A model generated the notes under the pieces. It searched no databases. It was not told where the DNA came from and was given only the letters and a program-made list of their open reading frames with translations. From NCBI GenBank assembly GCA_964016885.1, contig OZ024742.1, positions 185,566,001-185,630,000 on the forward strand: a DNA stretch of 64,000 nucleotides, written 5' to 3'. The stretch comes from Eledone cirrhosa (taxonomy: Eukaryota). Positions 11,172 through 24,373 of the stretch are shown in pieces; the stretch's first letter is position 1; the number at the start of each line of letters is the position of its first letter. A program made the position numbers and the translations under genes.

Positions 11172-13680
11172 GAAGTTGGGCGTTATTTGTTTGTTTGTTT
11201 GGTGTCCCGAACTTGCAGGCTACACCGTTCATCCAATGTTCATGAAACTTGAGACATATATAAAACTCGACCCCTAGATTGGAATAGGCTACTTGAAATT
11301 TTCAAAAAATCGATAATCGCACCCCCAGAGGCAAAATTCCTGCAACCGAAAAACGCCATTCTTCTTGCTTCCATTTGTCGCGACTCCCGCCATGCAAAAA
11401 ACTTTCAATCTATCAGGATTATCCACCGTAAGTCTCTTTAAATTAACGCTCACCATATTCAGCAAACCTTTTATGCCGATTCTTCCATTTCTTATATAAG
11501 GACTATCAAGACTATACCGCCGCGCATCATCCTGTATTGCGCCCAGTCTTCTCAAGTGATCATCGAGCCTCCATGAGCTCTCTTCATTCCCGTGGTCCCA
11601 CTACCGTAGCATAATGAGGCATCCGTCAACCCCCGCCCTCTCCCTTCCCTGCACGCCGCCGACCCACTGCATCGTTGTTCATCACCATGCGCATCTCTGC
11701 CCTGTCAGCCGCAATTCATTCCCCGGCCCTTTCCATTGCCTGCCCTCCGTGGTCCCTAAGGACTGCCACGGCTCAACATGCCGAATCCCTGCCACCGTCC
11801 ACCCCTGCCCACTTCCATTGCCTACACTCCGTGAGAGCTCAAGACTTCCATGCCTGACCAAGCCGCATCCCTGCCACCGTCAACCTCTGCCATCTGCTTT
11901 CCCTGCACGCCGTCGTCCCACTGCATCGTCATGCCGCATTACTGCAGCCCTTTCTTTTGCCTGCCCGCCGTGCTCCTTCAAGATTGCCATGCCTAACCAA
12001 GCCGCATCCCTGCCACCATCAAGTCCTGCCCTCTCCCTTCCCTGCACGCCGTCGTCCCACTGCATCGTCATGTCTCACCATGCCACATCCATGCTCTGTC
12101 AGCCGCCATGCCCTCCCCTGACCTCCCCTGCCCTCTCCCTTACCCGCACGTCTTGGTCCTTCACGAGTGCCATGGCTCACCATGCGGAATCCCTGCAACC
12201 GTCAATCCCGGCCATCTCCCTTCCCTGCACGCCGTCGACCCACGGCATCGTTATGCCTCACCATGCCGCATCCATGATCTGTCAGCCTCTATCCCCTCCT
12301 CAACCCTTTATTTTGCCTGCCTACCGTGCTCCTTCAAGACTGCCATGCCTAACCAAGCCGCATCCCTGCCACCGTCAACCCCTGCCCTCTCCCTTTTCCG
12401 CACGCATTGGTCCCTCACGACTGCCATGGCTCACCATGCGGCATTCCTGCCCTGTCAGCAACTTGCTCAAATGTCATCAGCATGGTTTATTCCTGCGCCG
12501 CACATAACCGCCCATTATCTCAGACCAAAGACAGCACCGAACCTGAAGACGATCCTGTGTAAGTCTTTTTACATTCATTTTGACCATATTTAATAAAATT
12601 AAACAAAAATTCATCCCTTTCTCCTCCAAAGCCTACCGATCATGTATGGCCGATAAACATCCTGCCTTGCACCCGGTTTTCTCAAACAATCATCGTGCCT
12701 CTCGGTGCTCTCTACATTCCCGAGGTGCAACTCAATTGGCATGCCGCATCCACGCCCTGTCAGCCGCCATGCACCCTTCCCTTTCGTCATGCCTCATCAT
12801 GTTGCATCCCTGCCCTGTCAGCCGCCATCCACTCCCCGACCCTTTCCACTGCCTAGGCATGGGAGCCTTGAGGGACCAAGTCGCCTCCCTACCACCGTCA
12901 ACTATGCCCTCTCCGTTCTCTGGACGCCGTCGTCCCACTGCATCGTCATGCATCACCATGCCGCATCAATGCTCTGTCAGCCGCCATCCCCTCCTCGGCC
13001 CTTTCTTTTGCCTGCCCACAGTGCTCCTTCAAGACTGCAATGGCTCACCATGCGGCATCCTTGCCACCGTCCACCCCTGCCCTCTTCCTTGCCTGTCGCA
13101 TCAATTCCTTGCTACCCACTTAAACGTCATCAGCATGGCTTATTGTTGCCCCATTTGACCACCGATTTTCGCAGGCTAAACACAATACCAACGTACACGA
13201 TAGTCCATGATAAATCTTTTTAATTACATGTTCATCATGCTAAGCAAAGGATGAATAGCAACTCTTTCATTTCTTCTGCCATGCCTTTCTGTCAATTATG
13301 GCCGAGAAGCATCCTGTGTAGCATCGCGTCTTCTCAATCGATCAGCCTGCCTTCCACTGTCCTCACAATTGACTCACAACGCCGCATCTATTCCCTGCGA
13401 CGCCCCTAAACATCATCAGCATGGCTTATTTTTCTGCCGCGTTTAACCGGCCCTCATTCTAGGCCATAAACAACAAAACCGCACGATAATGCTGCGTAAG
13501 TCTATTTAAATTAATGGTCAACATGTTCAGCAAAACAATTGTACCAATTCTTCCTCTTCACCTCCAAGGCCTATCCATTACATCTTAGAGGTCGGGATTC
13601 GCAATTTCTACGATTTCAATATTGACACAACAGTCCGTCAGGTCTTTCGGCACATGTTGCTCCGATAGGAATATCACTCT
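11160..13680 (+). mobile_element. Probable non-autonomous Helitron-like element with internal degenerate GC-rich repeats (about 11600-13150)
   Basis: Start tatataaagtgaagttggg...(gttt)n resembles invertebrate Helitron 5' ends. Recurrent gccgcatccctgccaccgtc and ccctgcacgccgtcg motifs. The 3' CTAG was not located. Confidence 0.4.
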
Positions 13681-13726
13681 GTATATATATGTACATATAT
13701 GTGTGTGAATGTGTGTGTGTGATGTA

Positions 13727-14356
13727 TGCCCAGCACTATGTGTCAATAATTTTCACAGGTGTAGTGTTTGTACCAGAGTTTTCAAGTCGCTGGCTGGACT
13801 AAAAAGTCACACTCGTTCAGCGCATCAGTAGGGGTTCTCCTACATGGATATAAAGTAGTGGCCGTACTCGAAAACGAGTTGGCAGCCACCATGTATGTAT
13901 GTATGTATGTATGTATGTATGTATGTATGTATGTATGTATGTATGTATGTATGATGACCCCTTAGCCTTTGTCAAGGCAGAATTCTAGGAGAAGGAAAAC
14001 TCTGATATAACACCTGCAACCCTGATGGTATCCAATGATGTTGACTTGTTCTTCTTTTTGGTAAATATCATCCTGGTTAAGCGAGTGGGACTGGCTTTGT
14101 GCAGTGCCTTTGCTCACTATAAAAGCTTCACGGCACAGGCAGTGCTTTATATCTGGAGATCTCTCTGCACTTGTCGTCACATGGTACCATGGGCCCAGCA
14201 CTATGTGTCAATAATTGTCACAAGTGTAGTGTTTGTACCAGAGTTTTCAAGTCGCTGGCTGGACTGAAAAGTCACACTTGTTTAGCGCATCGGTAGGGGT
14301 TCTCCTACATGGATATAAAGTAGTGGCCGTACTCGAAAACGAGTTGGCAGCCACCA
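13727..14356 (-). repeat. About 465-bp partial tandem unit of a small retroposon-like element associated with (TATG)n
   Basis: 13727-13890 is repeated at 14192-14356. Both copies end ggcagccacc directly before (TATG)n. Confidence 0.65.
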
Positions 14357-14432
14357 TGTATGTATGTATGAAAGAGAGATATATTAATTCAAATCTTTTA
14401 AAATATATATTATCAGTTTTTCATCCTCATAC

Positions 14433-14580
14433 CTGTTTCGGGATTCAATGACATCGGAGTCCAGCAAATTGTACCATTGGCCTTGGATAACACGACATCA
14501 AAGCCAATGTTCTTTATATGGAAAACATCCCTAAAATCTGCTGCACTGTTAGATGCAGTCAATGGGGACGAAGGTTCCAT
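14433..14580 (-). CDS. Probable host coding exon, tentatively the N-terminal PH-like region of a ceramide kinase/CERKL-like protein
   Basis: Acceptor ttctttactctttcag, then ATG; donor cag|gtatga. Open frame MEPSSPLTASNSAADFRDVFHIKNIGFDVVLSKANGTICWTPMSLNPET. Recalled resemblance to CERKL F.I...DVVLS...W.P. Confidence 0.5.
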
Positions 14581-14624
14581 CTGAAAGAGTAAAGAAATAT
14601 ATTGTCATTATTGCTATAGAAACC

Positions 14625-15325
14625 ATGGTGTCTGTACTTACTAACAACAAAGATCTGTGTTGGGCTGTCTGTATTGACTAACAACAGAGATTTATTTTAG
14701 GATGTCTGTATTGACTAACAACAGGGATCTGTGTTGGGCTGTCTGTATTGACTGACAACAGAGGTCTCTTTTGGGATGTCTGTATTGACTGAAAACAGAG
14801 GTCTCTTTTGGGACGTCTGTATTGACTAACAACAGAGATCTGTGTTGGGCTGTCTGTATTGACTGACAACAGAGATCTCTTTTGGGATGTCTGTATTGAC
14901 TGAAAACAGAGGTCTCTTTTGGGACGTCTGTATTGACTAACAACAGAGATCTGTGTTGGGCTGTCTGTATTGACTGACAACAGAGGTCTCTTTTGGGATG
15001 TCTGTATTGACTGAAAACAGAGGTCTCTTTTGGGATGTCTATATTGACTAACAACAGAGATCTGTGTTGGGCTGTCTGTATTGACTGACAATAGAGATCT
15101 CTTTTGGGATGTCTGTATTGACTGAAAACAGAGGTCTCTTTTGGGACGTCTGTATTGACTAACAACAGAGATCTGTGTTGGGCTGTCTGTATTGACTGAC
15201 AACAGAGATCTCTTTTGGGATGTCTGTATTGACTGAAAACAGAGATCTGTGTTGGGATGTCTGTATTGATTAACAACAGAGATCTCTTTTGGAATGTCTG
15301 TATTGACTGACAACAGGGATCTAAC
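14625..15325. repeat. 30-bp minisatellite with 90-bp higher-order period
   Basis: ctgtattgact(ga/aa)caacagag(a/g)tct...ggg units. Three variants cycle in a fixed order. Confidence 0.9.
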
Positions 15326-15418
15326 AACGGGAATAACAAAATGAAATCCCACCACATTGACGGTGGGAGAAAGAGAGGGAGAGCGAGAGAGAGGGAGAGT
15401 GAGAGAAAGAGAGAGAGA

Positions 15419-15496
<78 letters not shown>

Positions 15497-16446
15497 CCGA
15501 GGTCATTCGCCCAGCTAAGATTGATTTCTCAACTAGATAATGTTAAATGACACAAAGTGTCGTTTATGGCCGCTCACTGAACCAGTCTATCGAATCGCGA
15601 GAAATTCAAGTGTCTGCTTATAAGTGAAATCCAATTTTACAGATTAAAAGAGATACCAGATTTCCGGAAAATCACCGGTGTATGTAAACTGTAAAATGAT
15701 TCGTTCCTCTGTGAGATCTAAGATTTAAAGATTATTAGTTGCCTAAGTTAAATTGAAATGGTTTCATATATAACTAAAACTGAAATGTGGTCCCGGTCAA
15801 TGGGGACGATTTATTGTCCAACACTTTATAGAAATCCATCAGATTCTTTTGTAAATAGATTTAATAAAACTCTGATAAATTTCTGAAATGTTAATCGGAA
15901 AGGCTCCTTATTAATTGCAGAGCTTAGAGACTCATTAGTTCTGGAAGAATTGTGCGTGAGTTAGGCGTCTTTAAAGTATAATTCGTTTCATCATGATTTC
16001 AATTATAAGTAAGTCAATGGTGCTTACACTTCAGATGTCGACCCGAGGTCAAAACTACGAAAATATTTGAACCAAGACTTAAATTCCTTTAGTAGATGTC
16101 TGAATTTGGAGATCTAAGAAAGCAATACATCACACACCTAATTGATTAAAAAACAACACTGAACATCTATCTTAATTGACGAACAAAAGTCAATTTTATA
16201 CATAAACATTGTACATATAAATCAATGAAAACATTTTCGTAAATTTAAAGTTAATTGATAATTAAATTGTTATTAATAATCATATTATCGGTGTTACCAC
16301 TAAATATATTATACAATGTTGTAGTATGTATATTAAACTCTAAATATTTTATATTATATTTGTGTACTGTGCGTAAATACGGTGATAATCTTACAGTATT
16401 TGAGACTTTACAAAATAGTGAATAAAAATACGTTTATAAGAATTCG

Positions 16447-16506
<60 letters not shown>

Positions 16507-17057
16507 CGTGTGTGTGTGTGTGTATGTATATATGTTTGTGTGATGTACCGGATATGCATACAGGTTAAGTGGAAAGCATCCCAGGGTCTCACAGTGGAGG
16601 AGATCCGTCCAGTTTAAATATATATTAGAATATATTCTAAATATAACTATGAAACGAAATTTTTTTCAACATTAGAATACTATAATTGTTATTAAATATA
16701 TTTATTTTTTGTTTTGGTGGGTTTCATCTTGTTTTCGAGGCCGGCGTGGATCGAGACTGGAATCTCAGTATAGGCCTACATTTTTTTGCGAGCAGATGCT
16801 GGAAATCCCAAATGTTCTCTAGTCCGGGACCTCTAGTTGCTTGTTTGTATGCCATGAAGCGTTGTGCATTTCGATGTTTCAAACAGTATCAATTTTCAAA
16901 GATCAACATAACTCAGTTCTTCCTACATACAAACTTATCTTATATATAATAATACAGTGGGTGTAAAAAGCAAGAAGTGCAAACTCACTTTCCACTACTC
17001 CCTCTGTATACAGGAAAACATAAGAGATTATCTTGTGTTTTTTCTGTTTATATTGTA

Positions 17058-17366
17058 AAAGGGTAAAGACCCCTTCGGTCACGAATGACCAGTGGATTTG
17101 CACTAAGAAAGTTACCCTCTGAGGCACAAGTCCGGGCAAGGTTGTTTGTGGAAGACCCGCAGTCACCCAAGTATGGCACCAGTGTCGTCGCAGCTCATTT
17201 CTACACCTGAGTGAACTGGAGCCACGTGAAATAGAAGACAACGCAAAGCCCAGTCCAACTTGCTCACAACTTGCTCAAGAAGACAACGCAAAGCCCAGTC
17301 CAAGAATCGAACTCACAACCTCACGATTGTAAGCCCGACGCTCTAGCCATTAATTAGGCCATGCCT
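17058..17366 (-). mobile_element. tRNA-headed SINE
   Basis: Minus-strand head gcatggcc...gctagagcgtcggg...gagttcgattcttgg with A/B-box-like motifs. Confidence 0.55.
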
Positions 17367-17496
17367 CTTCACGTGTTTATATTGTAACGGCGCCAGGAAT
17401 GTGGATGAAGGGGAGGGTTGATTATATCGATTAGATTACTTAAAGGATACTTAAGTTGACTTCGGTGTGGTTTGGCTTACAGATGATATAATGGTT

Positions 17497-17702
17497 TCTG
17501 ATTTAGGCACAAGGGCAATAATATCGAGGGATGTCGAATAAATCGACATCAGTTCATTACTGGTACTTTATTTTAGCAACACCGTAAGGCTGAAAGTCAA
17601 AACTAACCTCAACGGGGTTTGAACTCAGAACATAAAGGGGCGTAACTCTATGCTGCAAAGCATGGTGTCCGACGCTCTACCGATGCTGCTAATCCACCGC
17701 CC
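17497..17702 (-). mobile_element. SINE, abundant family
   Basis: Reverse complement of the family at 17917/59337. Confidence 0.7.
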
Positions 17703-17916
17703 TAGATTACAGGTGATATAATGGAAAATGTTTACACTTCATTCTTTTCACATAGAGTTTTCTAATACAAAAACTATAGTCATATCTACATTAAATTTAT
17801 CTTACTTCGTATGTTCTAATATGACGACGTTCGGATGGCTAATTTCAAGTTGAAAATATATTTTCAGCTTTGGACCCTAACTTCTTTCAAGTTGTCACTT
17901 GATATTTATTAACATT

Positions 17917-18100
17917 CGGTGGATTGGCAGTATCAGTAGAGGGTCGGACGCCATGCTTTCCAGCATAGTTACGTCCCTTTACGATCTGAGTTCAAATCCC
18001 GCCGAGGTTGACTTTGCCTTTCATCCTTATGGGGTCGATAAAATAAAGTACCAGTAATACACTGGGTAATTGCTGGCCTTGTGCCTAAAGTAGAAACAAT
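17917..18100 (+). mobile_element. tRNA-derived SINE, abundant family
   Basis: cggtggattggcagtatc...gagttcaaatcccgccgaggttgactttgcctttcatcc...ggccttgtgcctaaagtagaaac. Many copies in the window. Confidence 0.8.
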
Positions 18101-18319
18101 TATGATTTCACAAACCAGCGAGGGGACCTATACATAGTCACTTGGTCTGCTAGAAAGAGCAGCCAAATTTCTCTCAAATTGCATCTTATCATCTCTAAAA
18201 GAAGAATATATTGGATAATAAAGTCCCAGATAAATCATACCTGAGGGAAAACAGACGGTTCTATCACGATTTGAAATTCTTTGATCACAGGTCTGTTTCA
18301 ATCAGAACTAGCCTAGAGT

Positions 18320-18357
18320 TAAACAACAACTACTACTGCTGCTACTGCTGCTGCTGT

Positions 18358-18395
<38 letters not shown>

Positions 18396-18481
18396 ACGTT
18401 GCTGCTGCTACTACTACTACTACTACTGCTGCTGCTGTTACTACTATTACTACTACTACTACTCTGCTGCTGCTGCTGCTG

Positions 18482-18535
<54 letters not shown>

Positions 18536-18580
18536 TTACTGCTGTTTCTGCTGCTGCTGCTGCTACTACTACTACTACAA
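18320..18580. repeat. (CTA)n/(CTG)n microsatellite
   Basis: Direct reading. Confidence 0.95.
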
Positions 18581-19374
18581 TGAAAAATAATTGTTCTCAT
18601 ACACATCAATGAAATAACTCAATTGCTTTGTTCATTCTATTGTCTCCAAGTCTCAATATTTAGTGCTGTAAATACATAACTAACTAACCACACTATTTTC
18701 TGTATGGTATATATCGTTACGCATGCATGTCTTATGGAAGTGTCATTCTTTCTTAAGACTCTACTGATATAAGGTTATAAGGCAAGTTTATAGTCTTTGA
18801 AACACCCTTTAAATCAAGTAAATGCATTTTATCTAACTCGCTGGGAAAAATTTATGACTCCTTTATCTATTGATTAGCATCTAACTTTCAGTCTGTCGCT
18901 GAACGACATAAAAAAACCGATAATTTGTATTGTTTCTCTTCTATTCTTAGCTGACTTGAAAACGGAAACAATTTCGTTCTGCTTTCAAAGACCTACACTG
19001 CTCTTAAGAGCTACTAATTTATAATGAACGAATGCTGATATGTCACGTAATTCATTCAATCGGTGAGGCACTACTTTATATCGTTGTTGTTTACTAGAAC
19101 AAATCAGCCTGCTTAATAAGATCAACCCTATCTATTCTTATGATAGGAATTGAACACAATACAGCAAGTCTACGAAAACATTTGCCAATTATATAACGTG
19201 AATTTCTACGTACTTATCAACTGTAATATAATTGTACGAACAAACGTACTTATCAATGGTAACTATTTATAGCAAGAAATTTCTAGCTCAAGGTCACAGC
19301 AAAGTACCCTTGCCACGAAACGAACCATCAAACCATCAAACTCAATCTATATTGATTTATAATTTAAGCATAAC

Positions 19375-19578
19375 GTCAGTAAATTTTAGGGGTGGGATGG
19401 AAGCAAAGTTGATTAAATCAACCACAATAGTTCATTGGTACTTTATTCTATAGACCCCAGAAGGATGAAAGTCAAAGATGACCTCGGTCAGATTTGAATT
19501 CAGAACATATAATGCAAGAACAAATACCATAATGATATTTGTCCTGCGGCCTACCACTTCTGCTAATCCACTGTCCTT
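19375..19578 (-). mobile_element. SINE, diverged copy
   Basis: Reverse-complement similarity to the SINE core (gaaggatgaaagtcaaag...gatttgaattcagaac). Confidence 0.6.
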
Positions 19579-19869
19579 AAATGATTGAATATTCTCTAAT
19601 ATACTTTAACCTTTTCTTTACCACATTTCGAATGGAAAATACTGCCAATCACTTTCAAATAATTTTGAAAAGAATCAAGAATTTGGAGCGATTTAGTAAT
19701 ATAACTAACCTTTTCATTATTATATTAGCGTTTGGAAGATAACTTAACAAAGGATCTTACATTACATCATGATGGAATGTTTTTAGACACTTGAACCCAA
19801 TCATGGGATAACTGCAGCCCGTTTGACTTTCTGGGTAGCACGCCTAATTTCAAAATTGCCTTGAATTTT

Positions 19870-21420
19870 TTAGTAGTTCGACCCGCCTTATGATAAACCT
19901 CATCTTATGCAGCTCACTGCTCGAAAAAGGTTGTCCATCCCGCCCGAACCGAGACATAGAAAAGCTGCGTCGGCATATGCGGATGACGTCACCGTGATTA
20001 TGTAGAACACCACGGAAATCGAGGCAAAATCTTTTTGTTGTGGGAGCAAAGATCAACCCGGAAACGTCGGTGGGTTTACTGCTCGGCAGCTAGAGAGGAA
20101 ATCCATGCCATTCATCAGCATCGACGGACACTGGACCGACGGACTGGTGATGTTGCCCAGGGTCTGGTTTGGTCCAAATATCCAGATGGATAAAAACTGG
20201 GACGAAGTAACGAGCAAGGTGACCACTCTCATCCAAAAATGGGCCGAGAGGAACCTATCCCCCCAAAATTGGGCAGATGTGGCAAACGCGAACATCGCCT
20301 GCGTCACCTATTACCGCCTGACCATCATGTCTTGCCCCTGTCTGTGCTTCACCAAACTGGAGCGCCGATTCTTCAACTTCTTGTAGAAGGGGCAGGTGAT
20401 GTGGTCCATCTGCAGTAAGAATCCTCTACGTGAAGGGCTGGGCATGTAGTGACTGATAATGCACAAACATGCGCTGGGGATCCGGCATCTCCAGAGATTC
20501 CTAAACGGTGAACAGGTGTGGTCACCGTTTGTGAGACTGGTCTTTCCGCAACTCAACTCTCTGACTGAGCTGCAATCGTGGGTCAAGCGAAAACCGAGAC
20601 TGGGCGCCTGGCATGTGAAATATTATCAGGCACTCACTGCCTTCTACCAATTGGGCAATGCGGTCAGTAGAAATTCTACTCTAGCGTTCTATAGAGGACT
20701 AGTGGTGGGCAACAGCGACGACGTTCTTGGAGAAATTCTGGGCGTCGACAAAATCGAACTAACCAGTCTATTCCGGAGATACTTCGAGCCGGTGACTATG
20801 GATAATTTCCAGAAATCCTTGGCTTGGCAATGCTACCGGGAGATACTGCCGGTTTGAGACAAACTCTACAGATACGGAAGTGCTGTCAGACTGACTTGTT
20901 CGTGATGTGCGCCAAGCGATGAGACCATTCAGCATGCTCTCGTCCAGTGTCCGAGCATTACTGACCTGTGGAATTTTTGTCGAACAGCTATTATTGTGAA
21001 AATCGCCCCACCGCCTTCTTTTGGCCGGAAAAGGCATGCATTTTTCCTTTGACTGGTGGCTGTAGCGAAAGAGCTTGTGTGGTGAACGCGCCTGAAAAGA
21101 CTGAAGACAGACAGTTTCCTCTTCAACCTTTTCAAGTTTCTCTTGGTAAGGAAGGTGAAGGATTGCCGGAGTGAATGGTCCTACTCTAACCATGCGCCTG
21201 TAGGGCGGAGAGTTTAGAGAGGAGAGGGGCACCTTCCTGTGGTGTTCTTGGGGACTAGGATGGTGGGGTTCCTAAGCTACGCCTGGGTGGTGCTCTTCCC
21301 TATTCAGGAATTATTGCTATTATTAATTTATTGTTTATTGCTATCTGTTTTATTTGTTTTCGCGCTTTCAAATTTTTGTATCCCACTTGTCCTATATGTT
21401 TCGGCCCTTGTGGCCATATT
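19870..21420 (+). pseudogene. Decayed 5'-truncated Tx1-type LINE (ORF2 C-terminal half)
   Basis: Fragments WFGP..Q.DKNWDEVT, LTELQSWVK and MDNFQKSLAWQCYR match ORF2 at 27243-30496. Confidence 0.85.
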
Positions 21421-21749
21421 ATATTTTCCTTTGATTCGCTTTAAGTACAATGATTTCCGAGTATCAACCATATGCTTAGGGCAAGCATCGTTAGTTTTGA
21501 CAGTTTTCGGTAACTTTTTTCTCCCATTTTGTTCCGTCTTCGCATTCACTTAACAAGTCACATAAACGTTGATAGGTAATTAAGTTTGAAAAAAAAAGAG
21601 AAAATATAAAAAGGTAGGAGTAGGTGGAGATAAAAAGAAGTATTATGGAATATAAAATATATGAATTAATTTTGCATTAAGGATATTTGAATGATATTAA
21701 ATATTAATTAAATTCGCTCTAAAGATTAAACAGCAATGATTGTGTTGAC

Positions 21750-22990
21750 ATATATTACAAAGACAAAAATTTATGAAGTATGTGGGCGGTACTTGTTAGA
21801 ACTATCTTTTGAATTTCATAGATGCTAATTTTATCAGGTATGTTTTCTAGAAACCTTTGAACACCTTTCTTTATGGCATCTAGAGCTCCTATCACTACCC
21901 AAATAGTTTGTGTTTTAAGGTGCCACATTCTGTTTATCTCAATTTCTAGATCTCTATATTTAGCACGTTTCTCATACTCTTTTGCTGACACATTTTTATC
22001 AGTCGGCACAGTCATCTTAATTAGTAAGTCGATCTTGTTTTTTAAATCTTGAATAATACTATCAGTGTGGTTTTCCTTAAATATGATCTGTGTGGGTGGT
22101 AAAGTCCCAAAGGATTGTTGCTCCTTCAGTTTTAGTTACTGGTTGTGGTTTGTGTTCATACAAGTTTCGTCATGTTCTGCATTGTATATTTTACATATTA
22201 TCCAGTGGATATATTGCCCCACCCTATAATGTCTAATCTTATACTCAGTTGGGGATAGTGTGGGCATCCTGATGTTATATGGTCAATTGTTTCAAGCTGT
22301 ACGTCACATATCCTGCATTTAGAGCCTGCTCCATTTCTGAGAATATTTGCTTGATAATTCCTAGTAAAGAGGCTCTGATCCAGGGCAGCAAAAATAAAAT
22401 CTCCTGTTTCAACTTTTAATCCTGAACTTCGTAGCCACTGATAGATTTGTGCTTGATCTACATCAACATCTGGGGTGCGAAGTGGGAATTGGCCGAGCAG
22501 AGGGTTTTCTTGCAATGTTTTTATACCTTCAAGCTTTGATTTGCTTCCGTGGATTGTTGCTGCCTTAGTCGGAATTAGGTCAGCTTCCTCATTTAGGTGT
22601 ATGTCTTCAGTTTTTAGTTCTTTCCTGTACTTTCCTGCCTCTTTGAGTACTGAATGGAGTTTCCTTTATTTTTCGTGTTCTATTAGTAACATCATCATCC
22701 ATTCATTGGTGGTCTCTAAGCAAATTGTTTGTAAGCAAATTGTGACTATTTTGTATAACAGTTCCAGTTTGATTAGTTCTCTTCCCCCTTCTTGTTTTGG
22801 CAAATATATGCGATCTACGTCTGCCTTGTGGTGATGCATTTTCTTGGCTGTAAGGAGTTTTCGAGGTTTGGAGTCAATTCTTTGAAGATCAGGTAAGCTC
22901 TAATTGATGATGTCATAATTGTTTCGTACCACTGGTAGAGCTAATGTGTTTATAGTCTGGAAAAGGTTTTTAGAATTTAGTTTAGTTTTA
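21750..22990 (-). pseudogene. R4/Dong-like non-LTR retrotransposon fragment (RLE type)
   Basis: GLKVET..IFAA.DQSL.TRNY, CRIC...ETIDHITSGC, KYRDLEIEINRMW. (TTA)n near the 5' junction. Confidence 0.75.
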
Positions 22991-23284
22991 TTATTATTAT
23001 AACTATTATTGGGTAACTAGTAGCGGTAGATCGGCAGTATTGGCAGAACACCGGACAACATGCTTTGCGGCATATAGTTACGTGCCTTTCCGTTCTGAGT
23101 TCAAATTTCACCGAGGTTAACTTTACCTTTCATTTTTACGGTGACCATAAAATAAAATAACAGTCACCATATGGGATCGATTTAATCGACTTCTCGCTGA
23201 CCCCCCCCCCCCCAAAAAAAAAATTGCTGACCTTGTGCCTATACTAGAAATCATTATTATTATTATTATCTGGGATTTGCGATG

Positions 23285-23446
23285 GGCGGTCGGACGCCAT
23301 GCTTTCCAGCATAGTTACGTCCCTTTACGATCTGAGTTCAAATCCCGCCGAGGTTGACTTTGCCTTTAATCCTTACGGGGTCGATAAAATAAAGTACCAG
23401 TAATGCACTGGGTAATTGCTGGCCTTGTGCCTAAAGTAGAAACAAT
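23285..23446 (+). mobile_element. SINE (5'-truncated); another copy at about 23040-23260
   Basis: Near-identical to 59362-59520. Confidence 0.8.
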
Positions 23447-23584
23447 TATTATTATTATAGTTGCATTTATCTTGCTTTATGTTCATACGAGTTATCACCA
23501 AGTCATAACCAGTGACCTCAAGAGACAACAAGATCCGCCATGTTCAAGAAAGAACATACATACTCACACATGCATCTTTAGTGT

Positions 23585-23912
23585 TTAGACTTGTGATGTA
23601 CTTATATTGACAGAATCTTCCTTATTATATGGGCAGTTCCCATTAGTACTATCTTTTGTATTTCTCCTATACGGTTTCCTGGGATTTGCGATAAGTAATT
23701 TATTAGACCCCTTAGGTATCATTCCTAGAGCGCCTACAACCACTGGTATTGTTTTAGTTCTCAATTTCCACATTTTTCCAATTTCTATCTCCAGGTCCTT
23801 ATACTTGCTCAATTTTTCAAATGCTTTTATAGATACATTCTTGTCTATTGGAACGGACATATCAAATAGCAGGCATACCCTCTTTTTAAAGTCCTTCAGT
23901 ATTATATCAGTA
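23585..23912 (-). pseudogene. R4/Dong-like RLE C-terminal fragment
   Basis: DMSVPIDKNV..K..EKLSKYKDLEIEIGKMW..KTIPVVVGALG. Abuts (TTA)n. Confidence 0.75.
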
Positions 23913-23949
23913 TTATATTATTATTATTATTATTATTATTATTGTTCTT

Positions 23950-24278
23950 TGAGTTTCAGTCATTGATGTTATTTAACTGGAAAGTTTGTTGAAATGAATA
24001 TCAAGCCACTACCTGCAGCCTCAGATATTCAGGACATATCGGAGGGTTCTTGCTGTTTCCAGCAAGCATGCCTTTTGAAGCGTTCCAAAAAGCGTGGCGG
24101 GGCCAATTTTCTTTAACCATCCCTGGAAACTTTTGAGATAGTACCTAGTGCGCCTATGACAATCGGGACCACTTTGACTTCATGGCAGTTCCAAATCCTT
24201 TTTACCTCCCACTTTAAGTCCTGGTATCGGTTAATTTTCTCCCCCTCCTTCTCTTGCACTCTCGTGTCGAATGGGCAA
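23950..24278 (-). pseudogene. Second RLE-retroelement C-terminal fragment
   Basis: Minus strand reads RYQDLKWEVKRIWNCHEVKVVPIVIGALGTIS. Confidence 0.65.
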
Positions 24279-24327
24279 TTCAGTAATGTACTGGGTAATT
24301 GCTGGCCTTGTGCCTAAAGTAGAAACA

Positions 24328-24369
<42 letters not shown>

Positions 24370-24373
<4 letters not shown>

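Noticed and set aside
11614-13223. Pro/Cys/His-rich ORFs as genes
   Set aside because: Several overlapping frames are open because of GC-rich repeats; no recognisable domain.
13810-13890. HDV-like ribozyme
   Set aside because: P1- and P2-like pairings exist, but the P3/L3 segment is too short and P1.1 is absent.
14678-15357. 221/225-aa ORFs or a CRISPR-like array
   Set aside because: By-products of a 30-bp minisatellite; no variable spacers.
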